From an uncultured Actinomycetota bacterium (GTDB lineage Bacteria > Actinomycetota > Actinomycetes > Propionibacteriales > Nocardioidaceae): DNA of 64,000 nt. The position numbers and the translations under genes are program-made. The notes beneath the pieces are model-generated. The model was not told where the DNA came from, ran no database searches, and saw only the letters and a list, made by a program, of their open reading frames with translations. Below, in pieces: positions 10,353 to 19,528 of this stretch. The stretch is taken from NCBI GenBank assembly GCA_963843075.1, contig CAWJJD010000001.1, forward strand, positions 1,531,057 through 1,595,056, given 5' to 3'. The first letter of the stretch is position 1; every line of letters begins with the position of its first letter.

Positions 10353-10370
10353 CTACCTTGACTAAGGTAG
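10353..10370. promoter_or_regulatory. Perfect dyad CTACCTT-N4-AAGGTAG upstream of the oxidoreductase-TPR gene
   Basis: Read directly from the sequence; AT-richer than its surroundings; 24 nt upstream of ATG 10328. Confidence 0.5.
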
Positions 10371-10409
10371 CAAAGGGTTGGGCGATCCCTCTCATCTCGC
10401 GCGTGGTCC

Positions 10410-10431
10410 TGTCGGTGCGGCGTGCTGTGCT
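10410..10431 (+). promoter_or_regulatory. Putative PafBC/RecA-NDp-type promoter of the dinB-like gene
   Basis: TGTCGG-N10-TGTGCT-N7-ATG. Confidence 0.45.
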
Positions 10432-10438
10432 CTCGGAC

Positions 10439-11001
10439 ATGACCACGATCGACGTTGCCTGGAACACCCTGCTCGCCGACCAGCTGGACTGGCACTGGAC
10501 CAACCACCTGCGACCGCGATGGGAGGGCCTCGACGACGACGAGTACTTCTGGGAGCCCGTCCCCGGTTGTTGGAGCGTACGCCGTGTCGGCGCGAGCGAG
10601 GCTCCGGTGCAGGCCGGCTCGGGCGACTTCCGCTGCGACTACGGCTACCCGAACCCGACCCGGCCCCGGTCACGACCATCGCCTGGCGCCTCGCACACGT
10701 CATCGTCGGGGTCTTCGGCGAGCGGTGCCACTCACACTTCGGCGGGCCGCCGATCAGCTATGACGACTTCGCCTACGCCGGCTCCGCGGTCGAGGCGCTC
10801 GATCAGGTCGACGAGGGTTACCGCCGCTGGATCGAGGGGGTGCGCTCCCTCGGGGAGGACGGGCTGCAGCGCCCCTGCGGCGAGGCAGAGGGCCCCTTCG
10901 CCGAGCACCCGCTCTCGGAGCTCGTGCTGCACATCAACCGCGAGGTGATCCACCACGGGGCCGAGATCTCGCTGCTCCGCGACCTCTACCTGCGCCACTG
11001 A
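10439..11001 (+). pseudogene. DinB-family protein, frameshifted at ~10651 (one base missing; possibly a sequencing error)
   Basis: Frame 1 gives MTTIDVAWNTLLADQLDWHW...DYGYP. Frame 2 continues EPDPAPVTTIAWRLAHV...HINREVIHHGAEI. The His motifs are typical of DinB proteins. Confidence 0.8.
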
Positions 11002-11008
11002 CCCCATT

Positions 11009-11114
11009 CGCCGAGAGGGCACTCCTGGTTGGCTGTAGGTCGCCGAGAGGGCGGTTTCGGTTGGCTGTACGCGCCCGGTCGGCGTACTCCGACCAACCAG
11101 AAGAGCCCGGTCGG
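11009..11114. repeat. 32-bp period REP/BIME-like array (two direct units plus an inverted unit)
   Basis: Units at 11009-11040 and 11041-11072. The reverse complement of 11073-11104 matches the rotated unit at 23/32. gcccggtcgg recurs at 11073 and 11105. Confidence 0.65.
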
Positions 11115-11118
11115 TGAG

Positions 11119-12918
11119 CTACTCCGCGTCCTTGATCTCGCAGATGACCTCGCCGTTGGTGACGCCCGAGCCGACCTCGGCCTTGAGGCCGGTGACGGTG
11201 CCGGCCTTGTGCGCCTTGATGGGCTGCTCCATCTTCATCGCCTCGAGCACGACGATGGTGTCGCCCTCCTCGACGGAGTCGCCGTCGGAGACGGTGACCT
11301 TGACGATGGTGCCCTGCATGGGCGAGGCGACCGAGTCCCCCGACGCGGCCGCGCCCGACTTCTTGCCGGCAGCACGCCTGGGCTTCTTCTGCCCGGTGCC
11401 GCCGCCTCCGATCGCGGCGAGGCCGGCCGGGAGGACGACCTCGAGCCGGCGACCGCCGACCTCGACGGTCACCTTGTTGCGCTCGTCGGGCTCGGGGGCG
11501 TCGGCGTGGTCACCGGCGTACGGCGTGATCTGGTTGTCGAAGTCGGTCTCGATCCACTGCGTGTAGACCGAGAACTCCTCCGGCTTCTCCACCGGCGTGC
11601 CGATGAAGGCGGGGTCGGAGACGACCGCCGCGTGGAAGGGGATCACCGTCGGCATGCCGTCGACGACGAACTCCGAGAGCGCCCGACGCGAGCGCTCGAG
11701 GGCCTGGGTCCGGTCGCGCCCGGAGACGATCAGCTTGGCGATCAGGGAGTCGAAGGCGCCGGGGATGGTCTCGCCCTCCTCGTAGCCGCCGTCGAGGCGT
11801 ACGCCGGGGCCGCTCGGAGGGGACCACTTCGTGAGCGTGCCGGGAGCGGGCATGAAGTTCGCCCCGCCGTCCTCGGCGTTGATCCGGAACTCGATCGAGT
11901 GGCCGCTGATCTCCGGGTCGTCGTAGCCGAGCTCCTCGCCCGCCGCGATGCGGAACATCTCCCGGACCAGGTCGATCCCGGTGACCTCCTCGGAGACGCA
12001 GTGCTCCACCTGCAGCCGGGTGTTGACCTCGAGGAAGGAGATGGTGCCGTCCTGGGCCACCAGGAACTCGCAGGTGCCGGCGCCGACGTACTCCGCCTCG
12101 CGCAGGATCGCCTTGGAGCTCTCGTAGAGCCGGCTCACCTGGTCGTCGGTGAGGAACGGTGCGGGGGCCTCCTCGACCAGCTTCTGGTTGCGGCGCTGGA
12201 GCGAGCAGTCGCGGGTCGAGATCACCACGACGTTGCCGTGCTGGTCGGCCAGACACTGCGTCTCGACGTGGCGCGGCTTGTCGAGGAACTTCTCGACCAG
12301 GCACTCGCCGCGCCCGAAGGCGCCGACCGCCTCACGGACGGCGGCCTCGAAGGCGTCGGGGATCTCCTCGATGGTGCGGGCGACCTTGAGGCCGCGGCCG
12401 CCACCGCCGAAGACGGCCTTGATGGCGACCGGGAGACCGTTCTCCTCGGCGAACGCCACGATCTCGTCGGCGTCCTTCACCGGGTCCTTGGTGCCGGGGG
12501 CGAGCGGCGCGTTGGCCCGCTCCGCGATGTGCTTGGCCTTCGCCTTGTCGCCCAGGTTCTCGATGGCCTTCGGCGGCGGTCCGATCCACACCAGTCCGGC
12601 GTCGATCACGGCCTGGGCGAAGTCGGCGTTCTCGGCCAGGAAGCCGTAGCCGGGGTGCACCGAGTCGGCCCCGCTCTTCTTCGCGACGGCGACGATCTTC
12701 TCGATGTCGAGGTAGGAGTCGGCGGGCGTGGCGCCACCCAGTGCGTGGGCCTCGTCGGCGAGCCGGACGAAGACGGCGTCACGGTCCGGGTCGGCGTAGA
12801 CCGCGACGCTGCCGATGCCGGCGTCCTTGCAGGCGCGGATCACGCGGACCGCGATCTCGCCACGGTTGGCGATGAGAACCTTCTGCAGCGGCTTGACGTC
12901 GACGGACTTGTCGGCCAC
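11119..12918 (-). CDS. accA: Acetyl/propionyl-CoA carboxylase alpha subunit (biotin carboxylase + BCCP)
   Basis: [44 protein letters not shown] and the biotinylation motif EAMKM. Confidence 0.95.
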   Translation of the reverse strand: MADKSVDVKPLQKVLIANRGEIAVRVIRACKDAGIGSVAVYADPDRDAVFVRLADEAHALGGATPADSYLDIEKIVAVAKKSGADSVHPGYGFLAENADFAQAVIDAGLVWIGPPPKAIENLGDKAKAKHIAERANAPLAPGTKDPVKDADEIVAFAEENGLPVAIKAVFGGGGRGLKVARTIEEIPDAFEAAVREAVGAFGRGECLVEKFLDKPRHVETQCLADQHGNVVVISTRDCSLQRRNQKLVEEAPAPFLTDDQVSRLYESSKAILREAEYVGAGTCEFLVAQDGTISFLEVNTRLQVEHCVSEEVTGIDLVREMFRIAAGEELGYDDPEISGHSIEFRINAEDGGANFMPAPGTLTKWSPPSGPGVRLDGGYEEGETIPGAFDSLIAKLIVSGRDRTQALERSRRALSEFVVDGMPTVIPFHAAVVSDPAFIGTPVEKPEEFSVYTQWIETDFDNQITPYAGDHADAPEPDERNKVTVEVGGRRLEVVLPAGLAAIGGGGTGQKKPRRAAGKKSGAAASGDSVASPMQGTIVKVTVSDGDSVEEGDTIVVLEAMKMEQPIKAHKAGTVTGLKAEVGSGVTNGEVICEIKDAE

Positions 12919-13016
12919 GACTCTCCTCAGGGGCTCGGGGAATCTCCCCGGGGAGACTACTGCGCGCCGATCCGGCGCTCCGACCGGTCCCGACTGGTGG
13001 CAGTAGCCTGCCGCCC

Positions 13017-13526
13017 ATGGACACGCCCACGCCCGAGGGAGGGCTGCCCTTCGACCCGATCGACGAGGCGGCCCGACAGTGGGCCCTGCACTGGCAGGGT
13101 GTGCCGCAGATGCACGCGGTCACCTCCCTGATGCGGGTGCAGCAGCTGGTCATCGGTCGCCTCGATGCGTTGCTGAAGCCGTTGGGACTGACCTTCGCCC
13201 GCTACGAGGCGCTGGTGCTGCTCCGCTTCTCCTCGCGGGGGTCGTTGCCGCTGGGCAAGATGGGGGAGCGGCTCCAGGTGCATCCCACGTCGGTCACCTC
13301 GATCGTCGACCGGCTCGAGACTGCCGGGCTCGTCGTACGCCGTCGGCACCCGGAGGACGGCCGGGCCGTGCTCGCGGAGATCACCGAAGATGGCAGGACG
13401 CTCGTGGAGCGGGCGACCGCCGAGCTCGTCGGCGCCGACTTCGGGCTGGGTGCGCTCGACGAGGAAGACCTGCTGGGGCTCTCGGACCTGTTGCGGCCGG
13501 TGCGCCAGGCGGCCGGCGACTTCTGA
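13017..13526 (+). CDS. MarR-family transcriptional regulator
   Basis: [12 protein letters not shown]...[23 protein letters not shown]...[13 protein letters not shown] (winged HTH). Confidence 0.9.
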   Translation: MDTPTPEGGLPFDPIDEAARQWALHWQGVPQMHAVTSLMRVQQLVIGRLDALLKPLGLTFARYEALVLLRFSSRGSLPLGKMGERLQVHPTSVTSIVDRLETAGLVVRRRHPEDGRAVLAEITEDGRTLVERATAELVGADFGLGALDEEDLLGLSDLLRPVRQAAGDF

Positions 13527-13533
13527 TCCTCAG

Positions 13534-13587
13534 GCGCTACGTAGACCTTCCACGTGGTCTGGTCCAGGTGGCAGGTCTACATAGCGC
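13534..13587. terminator. 20-bp-arm inverted repeat downstream of marR (terminator-like or REP hairpin)
   Basis: gcgctacgtagaccttccac-N14-gtggcaggtctacatagcgc; 18/20 positions pair. Confidence 0.6.
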
Positions 13588-13621
13588 TCGGATTTCGACG
13601 TTCCGTTCGGCTGGTGAGATT

Positions 13622-13640
13622 TAGTAGGACGTCCTAGTAT
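13622..13640 (+). promoter_or_regulatory. Palindromic operator overlapping the -10 of leaderless icmA
   Basis: TAGTAGGACGTCCTAGTA (perfect core TAGGACGTCCTA). TAGTAT at 13635-13640 lies 6 nt before ATG 13647. Confidence 0.55.
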
Positions 13641-13646
13641 CTGTCC

Positions 13647-15341
13647 ATGGACGCACGCGAGCGCTGGCAGAAGAGGTACGACGAGGCGCTCCGGGCCGGC
13701 AAGGTCCGCGAAGCCGACTTCACGACCCTCTCGCAGGTGGAGGTCGAGCCGGCCTACGGCACCGAGGACTCCGAGTGGCCGGGCGAGTTCCCCTACACGC
13801 GCGGTCTCTACGCGACGGGATACCGCGGCCGCACCTGGACGATCCGCCAGTTCGCCGGCTTCGGCAACGCCGAGCAGACCAACGAGCGCTACAAGATGAT
13901 CCTCGGGCGCGGCGGCGGCGGCCTCTCGGTCGCCTTCGACATGCCGACGCTGATGGGCCGCGACTCCGACGACCCCCGCAGCCTGGGCGAGGTGGGCCAC
14001 TGCGGCGTCGCGATCGACTCGGCAGCCGACATGGAGGTGCTCTTCGACGGCATCGACCTCGCCGAGGTCACCACCTCGATGACGATCAGTGGTCCCGCGG
14101 TGCCGATCTTCTGCATGATGATCGTCGCGGCCGAGCGGGCCGGCGTCGACACCGGCAAGCTCAACGGGACGCTGCAGACCGACATCTTCAAGGAGTACAT
14201 CGCCCAGAAGGAGTGGCTCTTCGGTCCCGAGCCGCACCTGAAGCTGATCGGCGACCTGATGGAGTACTGCGGTGAGGAGATCCCGGCGTACAAGCCCCTC
14301 AGCGTCTCTGGCTACCACATCCGCGAGGCCGGCTCGACGGCCGCGCAGGAGCTCGCGTTCACGCTGGCCGACGGGTTCGGCTACATCGAGCTCGGCCTCT
14401 CGCGCGGGCTGGACATCGACAAATTCGCACCCGGGCTGAGCTTCTTCTTCGACAGCCACCTCGACTTCTTCGAGGAGATCGCCAAGTTCCGTGCGGCGCG
14501 ACGCATCTGGGCGCGCTGGGTGCGCGACGTCTACGGCGCCACGACCGAGAAGGCGCAGTGGATGCGGTTCCACACCCAGACCGCAGGCGTCTCGCTCACC
14601 GCGCAGCAGCCCTACAACAACGTGGTCCGCACCGGCGTGGAGGCGCTCGCCGCCGTGCTCGGCGGCACCAACTCGCTGCACACCAACGCCCTCGACGAGA
14701 CCTTGGCGCTGCCGAGTGAGCAGGCCGCCGAGATCGCCCTGCGCACCCAGCAGGTGATCATGGAGGAGACCGGTGTCGTGAACGTCGCCGACCCGCTCGG
14801 TGGCTCCTGGTACGTCGAGGCGCTGACCGACAAGATCGAGGCCGAGGCCAACGCGATCTTCGACAAGATCCTCGAGATGGGTGGCTCCTCGCTGCGTCAC
14901 GACCAGGTCGAGAAGCTGGCCGAGTCGGCTCGCAACGGCGAGGACCCCGTGACCCAGGGGCTGCTCCGCGGCATCGAGGACGGCTGGTTCATGGCGGAGA
15001 TCGCCGAAGCAGCCTTCGCCTACCAGATCGCCCTGGAGAAGGGTGAGAAGAAGGTCGTCGGCGTCAACGTGCACAAGGACTCGGTGACCAGCGACCTGGA
15101 GATCCTGCGGGTCTCCCACGAGGTTGAGACCGAACAGGTCCGGGTACTGGCCGAGCGGAAGCAGGGTCGCGACCAGTCCGCGATCGACGCCGCGATCGAG
15201 GAGATGCTCAGTGCCGCACGGGAGGACCGCAACATGGTCCCCGCGATGCTCGACGCCTGCCGGGCGGAGGCCACCCTCGGCGAGATCTGCAACGCGTTGC
15301 GCGAGGAGTGGGGCGAGTACCGGGAGCCTGCTCGCTTCTGA
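13647..15341 (+). CDS. icmA: Cobalamin-dependent acyl-CoA mutase large subunit, isobutyryl-CoA mutase type
   Basis: 564 aa with no B12-binding domain. WTIRQFAGF (Phe instead of the MCM Tyr) and DIFKEYIAQKEW (Gln instead of the MCM Arg). Confidence 0.85.
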   Translation: MDARERWQKRYDEALRAGKVREADFTTLSQVEVEPAYGTEDSEWPGEFPYTRGLYATGYRGRTWTIRQFAGFGNAEQTNERYKMILGRGGGGLSVAFDMPTLMGRDSDDPRSLGEVGHCGVAIDSAADMEVLFDGIDLAEVTTSMTISGPAVPIFCMMIVAAERAGVDTGKLNGTLQTDIFKEYIAQKEWLFGPEPHLKLIGDLMEYCGEEIPAYKPLSVSGYHIREAGSTAAQELAFTLADGFGYIELGLSRGLDIDKFAPGLSFFFDSHLDFFEEIAKFRAARRIWARWVRDVYGATTEKAQWMRFHTQTAGVSLTAQQPYNNVVRTGVEALAAVLGGTNSLHTNALDETLALPSEQAAEIALRTQQVIMEETGVVNVADPLGGSWYVEALTDKIEAEANAIFDKILEMGGSSLRHDQVEKLAESARNGEDPVTQGLLRGIEDGWFMAEIAEAAFAYQIALEKGEKKVVGVNVHKDSVTSDLEILRVSHEVETEQVRVLAERKQGRDQSAIDAAIEEMLSAAREDRNMVPAMLDACRAEATLGEICNALREEWGEYREPARF

Positions 15342-15347
15342 GCCGCG

Positions 15348-16436
15348 ATGAGCGTCGAGCAGCCTCGGTCCATGGGGGTCGAGGAGGAGCTGGTGCTCGT
15401 CGACCCCGGCACCAGGCAGGTCGCCTCCAGGTCTGACCGCGCCGAGGCCGCGAACGAGTCCGGCGAAGAGGTCGCACTCGAGCTCTTCCAGCACCAGGTC
15501 GAGTCCTCGACGCCACCGCTGCGCGACGCCGGTGAGCTCGGTGAGGCGCTGCGCCGCGGCCGACGCGCCATGGGCGAGTCGGCTGCCGCGGCCGGCGCGA
15601 GGGCCGTTGCCGTCTCCACGCCGCCGTTGCCGCCGGAGGAGGAGCGGTTCACCAGGACGCCTCGCTACCTGCGCTTCGAGAGCGCGTTCGGTCAGGTGGC
15701 CCGCGAGGCCCACGTGTGCGGGATGCACGTCCACGTCGAGGTCGGCGATGACGAGGAGGGCGTCCGGGTGATCGACGGGATCCGCCCGTGGCTGCCGCTG
15801 CTGACCGCGATCAGCGCGAACTCGCCCTACTGGCAGGGCAAGGACACCGGCCACGCGAGCTGGCGCAGCCGGGTGTGGCGGCGCTGGCCGTCGGCCGGAC
15901 CGCGAGAGCCGTTCGGCGACGTCGCGACCTACCGGGAGGTGGCCGACCGCACCATCGCGTTGGGCGGTGCGATGGACCCGGCGATGCTCTACTTCGACAT
16001 CCGGCTCGCCGAGGACTACCCGACCGTGGAGCTCCGGGTCGCCGACGTCTGCCTCGAGGTGGAGGACGCCGTGCTGGTGGCGGTGCTGGCCCGGGCGCTC
16101 GTCGAGACCCATGCGACTGCACCGGTCGAGCCGTGGCGCACGGACCTGCTCGAGGTCGCTGGCTGGCGGGCCGCGCGCGACGGCATCGGTGGCGACCTCG
16201 TGCACCCGGGAAGCCGCGAGCCGGCACCGGCGCGCGAGGTGCTCGGCTCCCTGCTCGAGCACACCGGCCACGCGCTGGACGCGACCGGTGAGCGCCGGTT
16301 CGTCGAGGACGGCTTCGAACGGCTGCTCGCCCGGGGCAACGGGGCCGTCCGCCAGCGGCGTCGGTTCGAGGAGACGCACGAGCTCACGGCCGTCGTCGAC
16401 GACCTCGCCGACGCCACCGAGGCGACCTGGCTCTGA
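15348..16436 (+). CDS. YbdK-family carboxylate-amine ligase (GCS2 glutamate-cysteine ligase-like)
   Basis: MGVEEE, CGMHVHV, ANSPYWQG, YFDIR and TVELRVAD motifs. Confidence 0.9.
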   Translation: MSVEQPRSMGVEEELVLVDPGTRQVASRSDRAEAANESGEEVALELFQHQVESSTPPLRDAGELGEALRRGRRAMGESAAAAGARAVAVSTPPLPPEEERFTRTPRYLRFESAFGQVAREAHVCGMHVHVEVGDDEEGVRVIDGIRPWLPLLTAISANSPYWQGKDTGHASWRSRVWRRWPSAGPREPFGDVATYREVADRTIALGGAMDPAMLYFDIRLAEDYPTVELRVADVCLEVEDAVLVAVLARALVETHATAPVEPWRTDLLEVAGWRAARDGIGGDLVHPGSREPAPAREVLGSLLEHTGHALDATGERRFVEDGFERLLARGNGAVRQRRRFEETHELTAVVDDLADATEATWL

Positions 16437-16463
16437 GCTCCGAGCGCTCCCGGCAGGACCCGG

Positions 16464-17345
16464 TCAGGTCCTGGTGTCGAGCAGGTGACGGCGCAGCGCG
16501 CTCGCCATCAGGTCCATCTCGGTGCGCGCGTTGGTGCGGTCCAGGAAGTAGTGGTCGTGGCGCGCCACCACCCGGTGCTGGACCGGCACCCCGGCGCGGA
16601 TCAGCCGCGCGGCGTAGGCATCACCCTCGCGTCGAAGCAGGTCGAGCTCGGCGGTGACGATCATCGTGGGCGGCAGGTCGGCGAGGTTGGGTGCCAGCAG
16701 GGGTGAGGCGTAGGGGTCGCTGCGGCGCTCGGTGTCGCGGAAGTAGGTCGACCTGACCAGGTCGAGGATCCCCGGTCCCAGCATCGGGGAGCCGACCGGC
16801 TGCTTGTCGGCGTACTCCTCGGTGAGGTCGAGCGAGGGTACGCCGAGCAGCTGGAAGCGTGGCAGGAAGCTCGACCGGTCGCGCGCCTGCAGGCAGGCCG
16901 ACGCTGCCAGGTTGCCCCCGGCACTGAATCCGCCGATGCCGAGTCGCTGTCCGTCGACGCCGAGCTCGGCGCCATGCCGGGCCACGTGCTCGGCGACGTC
17001 GTGCACCTGCTCGTGGGCGACCGGGTAGCGCACCTGCGGCGCGGTCTCGTAGTCCACCGCGACCACCGCGATCTCGGTCGTGGCCACGACGAACCGGGCG
17101 AAGAAGTCGTCCATCCGCGGGTGCCGCATGATGAACGCCCCACCGTGCAGGTGCACGTAGACAGGCGGGTGCTCGCGCGCGGGTGGCAGGTAGAGCTCGC
17201 ACGCGACCGGACCGTGGCGGGTGGGCGCCTCGAAGCGGCGCGGCGGCGGCAGGTCCTGACCGGCGAGCCGCAGCGCGCGTCCGTAGTGCACGGTCAGTGG
17301 CGCGCTCTTCTGCATCAGCCACGCGCGCAGCTCGGTGGCCCTCAC
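16464..17345 (-). CDS. Alpha/beta hydrolase, HSL-type esterase/lipase
   Basis: HGGAF oxyanion motif, GFSAGG nucleophile, AELDLLR and a downstream His. Confidence 0.88.
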   Translation of the reverse strand: MRATELRAWLMQKSAPLTVHYGRALRLAGQDLPPPRRFEAPTRHGPVACELYLPPAREHPPVYVHLHGGAFIMRHPRMDDFFARFVVATTEIAVVAVDYETAPQVRYPVAHEQVHDVAEHVARHGAELGVDGQRLGIGGFSAGGNLAASACLQARDRSSFLPRFQLLGVPSLDLTEEYADKQPVGSPMLGPGILDLVRSTYFRDTERRSDPYASPLLAPNLADLPPTMIVTAELDLLRREGDAYAARLIRAGVPVQHRVVARHDHYFLDRTNARTEMDLMASALRRHLLDTRT

Positions 17346-17393
17346 GCAGGGGATTCGCTGCGGACGGCGCTCCGGATTGGCGACACGCGCGGC

Positions 17394-19463
17394 TCAGCGG
17401 GTGGCGGAGGTGAACGTCTCGGCGTTGCCGGGCAAGGTGAACTCGAAGCAGGTGCCGACCCCGTCGGGGTTGTCGGTGACCCGGATCGCGCCGCCGTGGC
17501 GCTGCACGATGCGCTTGACGATGGCCAGCCCGAGGCCGGTGCCGGCGTAGTTGTCGGCGGTCAGGCGCTCGAACCTGTCGAAGACACGGTCGCGCTGGTC
17601 GGCCGGGATGCCGATGCCGTTGTCGCGCACCCTGACCATGACCCAGTTGTCGTCGACCTTCTCGGCCTCGATCGTGACGCGCGGGACGGTCCCGGGCTCG
17701 ACGTACTTGAACGCGTTGCCGATCAGGTTGTCGAGGACCTGGCGCAGGAGCACGCGGTCGGCCCAGACGTCGTAGAGGTCGCCGGCGACGATGTCGCCAC
17801 CACCCTGGGGACGGTCGCGCGTGACGGCGATGTGCTTGACCAGGTTGCGCAGCGGGATCAGCTCGCAGTCCAGGGTCTGGTCGCGGGCGACGGCGTGGGC
17901 GAGCAGGTCGGCGATGAAGCCGCGCATCTGGTCCACGCCCGCACGGATGTGCTGGACCATCGGGGCGGCTGCCAGAGCGTCGGGCGAGTCGCTGTTGCTC
18001 AGGTCCTCCTCGATCGCCTCTGCCCAGCCGTCGATCACGCTCAGCGGGTTGCTGAGGTCGTGTGCGACGGTGCCCGCGAACGAGACCAGGGACTCGCGGT
18101 GGGTGGTGGCGGCCGTGGTGTCGCGGATCAGGACCATCGCGCGCGGTGGAGCGTCGGCCGCGTGGGGCATCGGGTACGCCGAGACCTGCAGCCAGCGAGC
18201 GACCCCGAACTCGTCGATGTGGTAGAACTCCTCGGTCTCGATCTGCTCACCGGCCAGGGCCCGCAGAACGGGGTTCTCCGCCTCCTCGAGTGGGCGACCG
18301 TCGGGGTGGAACGCCTGGCCGGTGTCCTCGTCAGGGTCCGCCACGTGGTCGATCGGCTCGTCGGGCCGGGAACCGAAGGCGGTGCGCAGCGCCTTGTTGG
18401 TGTGCAGGATCGCGCCACCCTCCTCGATGATGGCGACGCCGTCCTCGAGCTGTGCCATCACCTGGTCGAGCTCCTCGGCCCGCACGGCCAGGACCTCCTC
18501 GGACTTCTCGAGGCGCTCGACGGTCGAGAAGATCTGCTTGCGGGTCAGCGCGATGACCAGGCCGATCACGAGCAGGACCACGACGAAGACCTGGGCGATC
18601 AGGGCCCGTCCCTCCGACCCGCCCACCTGGGCGACGGGGCCGTGGCCGGCAATGGTCATCACCACCGTGCCGGCCCCGGTGAGCAGGCTGACCCCGACGG
18701 TCACGACGGGGTTGAAGCGGATCGCGCACCACACCACGGTCAGGGCCAGCATGAACGTCGAGGGCACCTCGGGGTTCAGGTAGAACCCGAAGTAGAAGAT
18801 GCCGACGGTGACGGTGACGATGCCGACAACGTGCAGCCAGTCGTTGCGCGAGGGCCGGTCGAAGACGGGCAGGCCGGCGTCGCGACGCTCGGCGATCCAG
18901 CCACCGATCAGCAGACCGAAGACACCGATCGTGGCCATCGCGGCTGCCTGGCGTCCGAACCGGCCGACCCCGAGCCGGAGGATCTCGTCGGGGATGAAGG
19001 CCAGGCCGAGAGCGGTCCGCAGCACGGCCATGGCAAGCGCGCCGATGGTGACCGCGGCGAGGACGCGGCCGAAGTCGCTGAGCCTGCTCATCGACTGGCG
19101 TCCGCCGCCTCCCCACAGGTGTGGCACCCAGCGCCGGATCAGGTAGACCGCGACGACGGTCTGGATCACCGACAGCAGCGACAACGCCGACTGCGCGACG
19201 CTGCCGTCGGTCAGCGCGATCACGGTGCCGGTGGCGACCGAGAGCAGGATCGTGTCCGAGACCATCTGGGCGCGTGTCTGCGCGGTCGCGAGCCAGACCA
19301 GCGCGATGCCGGAGGCGGGCCAGACGACGCCGACGTTGTGCGGTTGCACGATGATGATGCGGCCGAGCAACGAGGTCAGCACGTAGGCCAGGAGCCACAC
19401 CAGCGTGAGCGCCGGACGCGGTATCGCGGGCGCAGCCGGGTGACGCGTTTCTCCCCACACCAC
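17394..19463 (-). CDS. Membrane sensor histidine kinase (MASE1-like TM region, PAS-like domain, HisKA, HATPase)
   Basis: VWPASGIAL and multiple TM segments; H-box VAHDLSNPL; N-box NLIGNAFKY; DNGIGI and GTGLGL. The start is uncertain; GTG 19463 was chosen to avoid overlap with the divergent gene. Confidence 0.88.
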   Translation of the reverse strand: MVWGETRHPAAPAIPRPALTLVWLLAYVLTSLLGRIIIVQPHNVGVVWPASGIALVWLATAQTRAQMVSDTILLSVATGTVIALTDGSVAQSALSLLSVIQTVVAVYLIRRWVPHLWGGGGRQSMSRLSDFGRVLAAVTIGALAMAVLRTALGLAFIPDEILRLGVGRFGRQAAAMATIGVFGLLIGGWIAERRDAGLPVFDRPSRNDWLHVVGIVTVTVGIFYFGFYLNPEVPSTFMLALTVVWCAIRFNPVVTVGVSLLTGAGTVVMTIAGHGPVAQVGGSEGRALIAQVFVVVLLVIGLVIALTRKQIFSTVERLEKSEEVLAVRAEELDQVMAQLEDGVAIIEEGGAILHTNKALRTAFGSRPDEPIDHVADPDEDTGQAFHPDGRPLEEAENPVLRALAGEQIETEEFYHIDEFGVARWLQVSAYPMPHAADAPPRAMVLIRDTTAATTHRESLVSFAGTVAHDLSNPLSVIDGWAEAIEEDLSNSDSPDALAAAPMVQHIRAGVDQMRGFIADLLAHAVARDQTLDCELIPLRNLVKHIAVTRDRPQGGGDIVAGDLYDVWADRVLLRQVLDNLIGNAFKYVEPGTVPRVTIEAEKVDDNWVMVRVRDNGIGIPADQRDRVFDRFERLTADNYAGTGLGLAIVKRIVQRHGGAIRVTDNPDGVGTCFEFTLPGNAETFTSATR

Positions 19464-19528
19464 GGGCTCAGTATCGTCGGGCGGGGGGTCACCGTGCAGC
19501 AAAACCAACGTGTAGAAACAATGGAGCC

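Noticed and set aside
13527-13646. Possible cobalamin riboswitch upstream of the B12-dependent mutase
   Set aside because: The region is only 120 bp and is explained by a hairpin plus promoter; no B12-box is recognisable.
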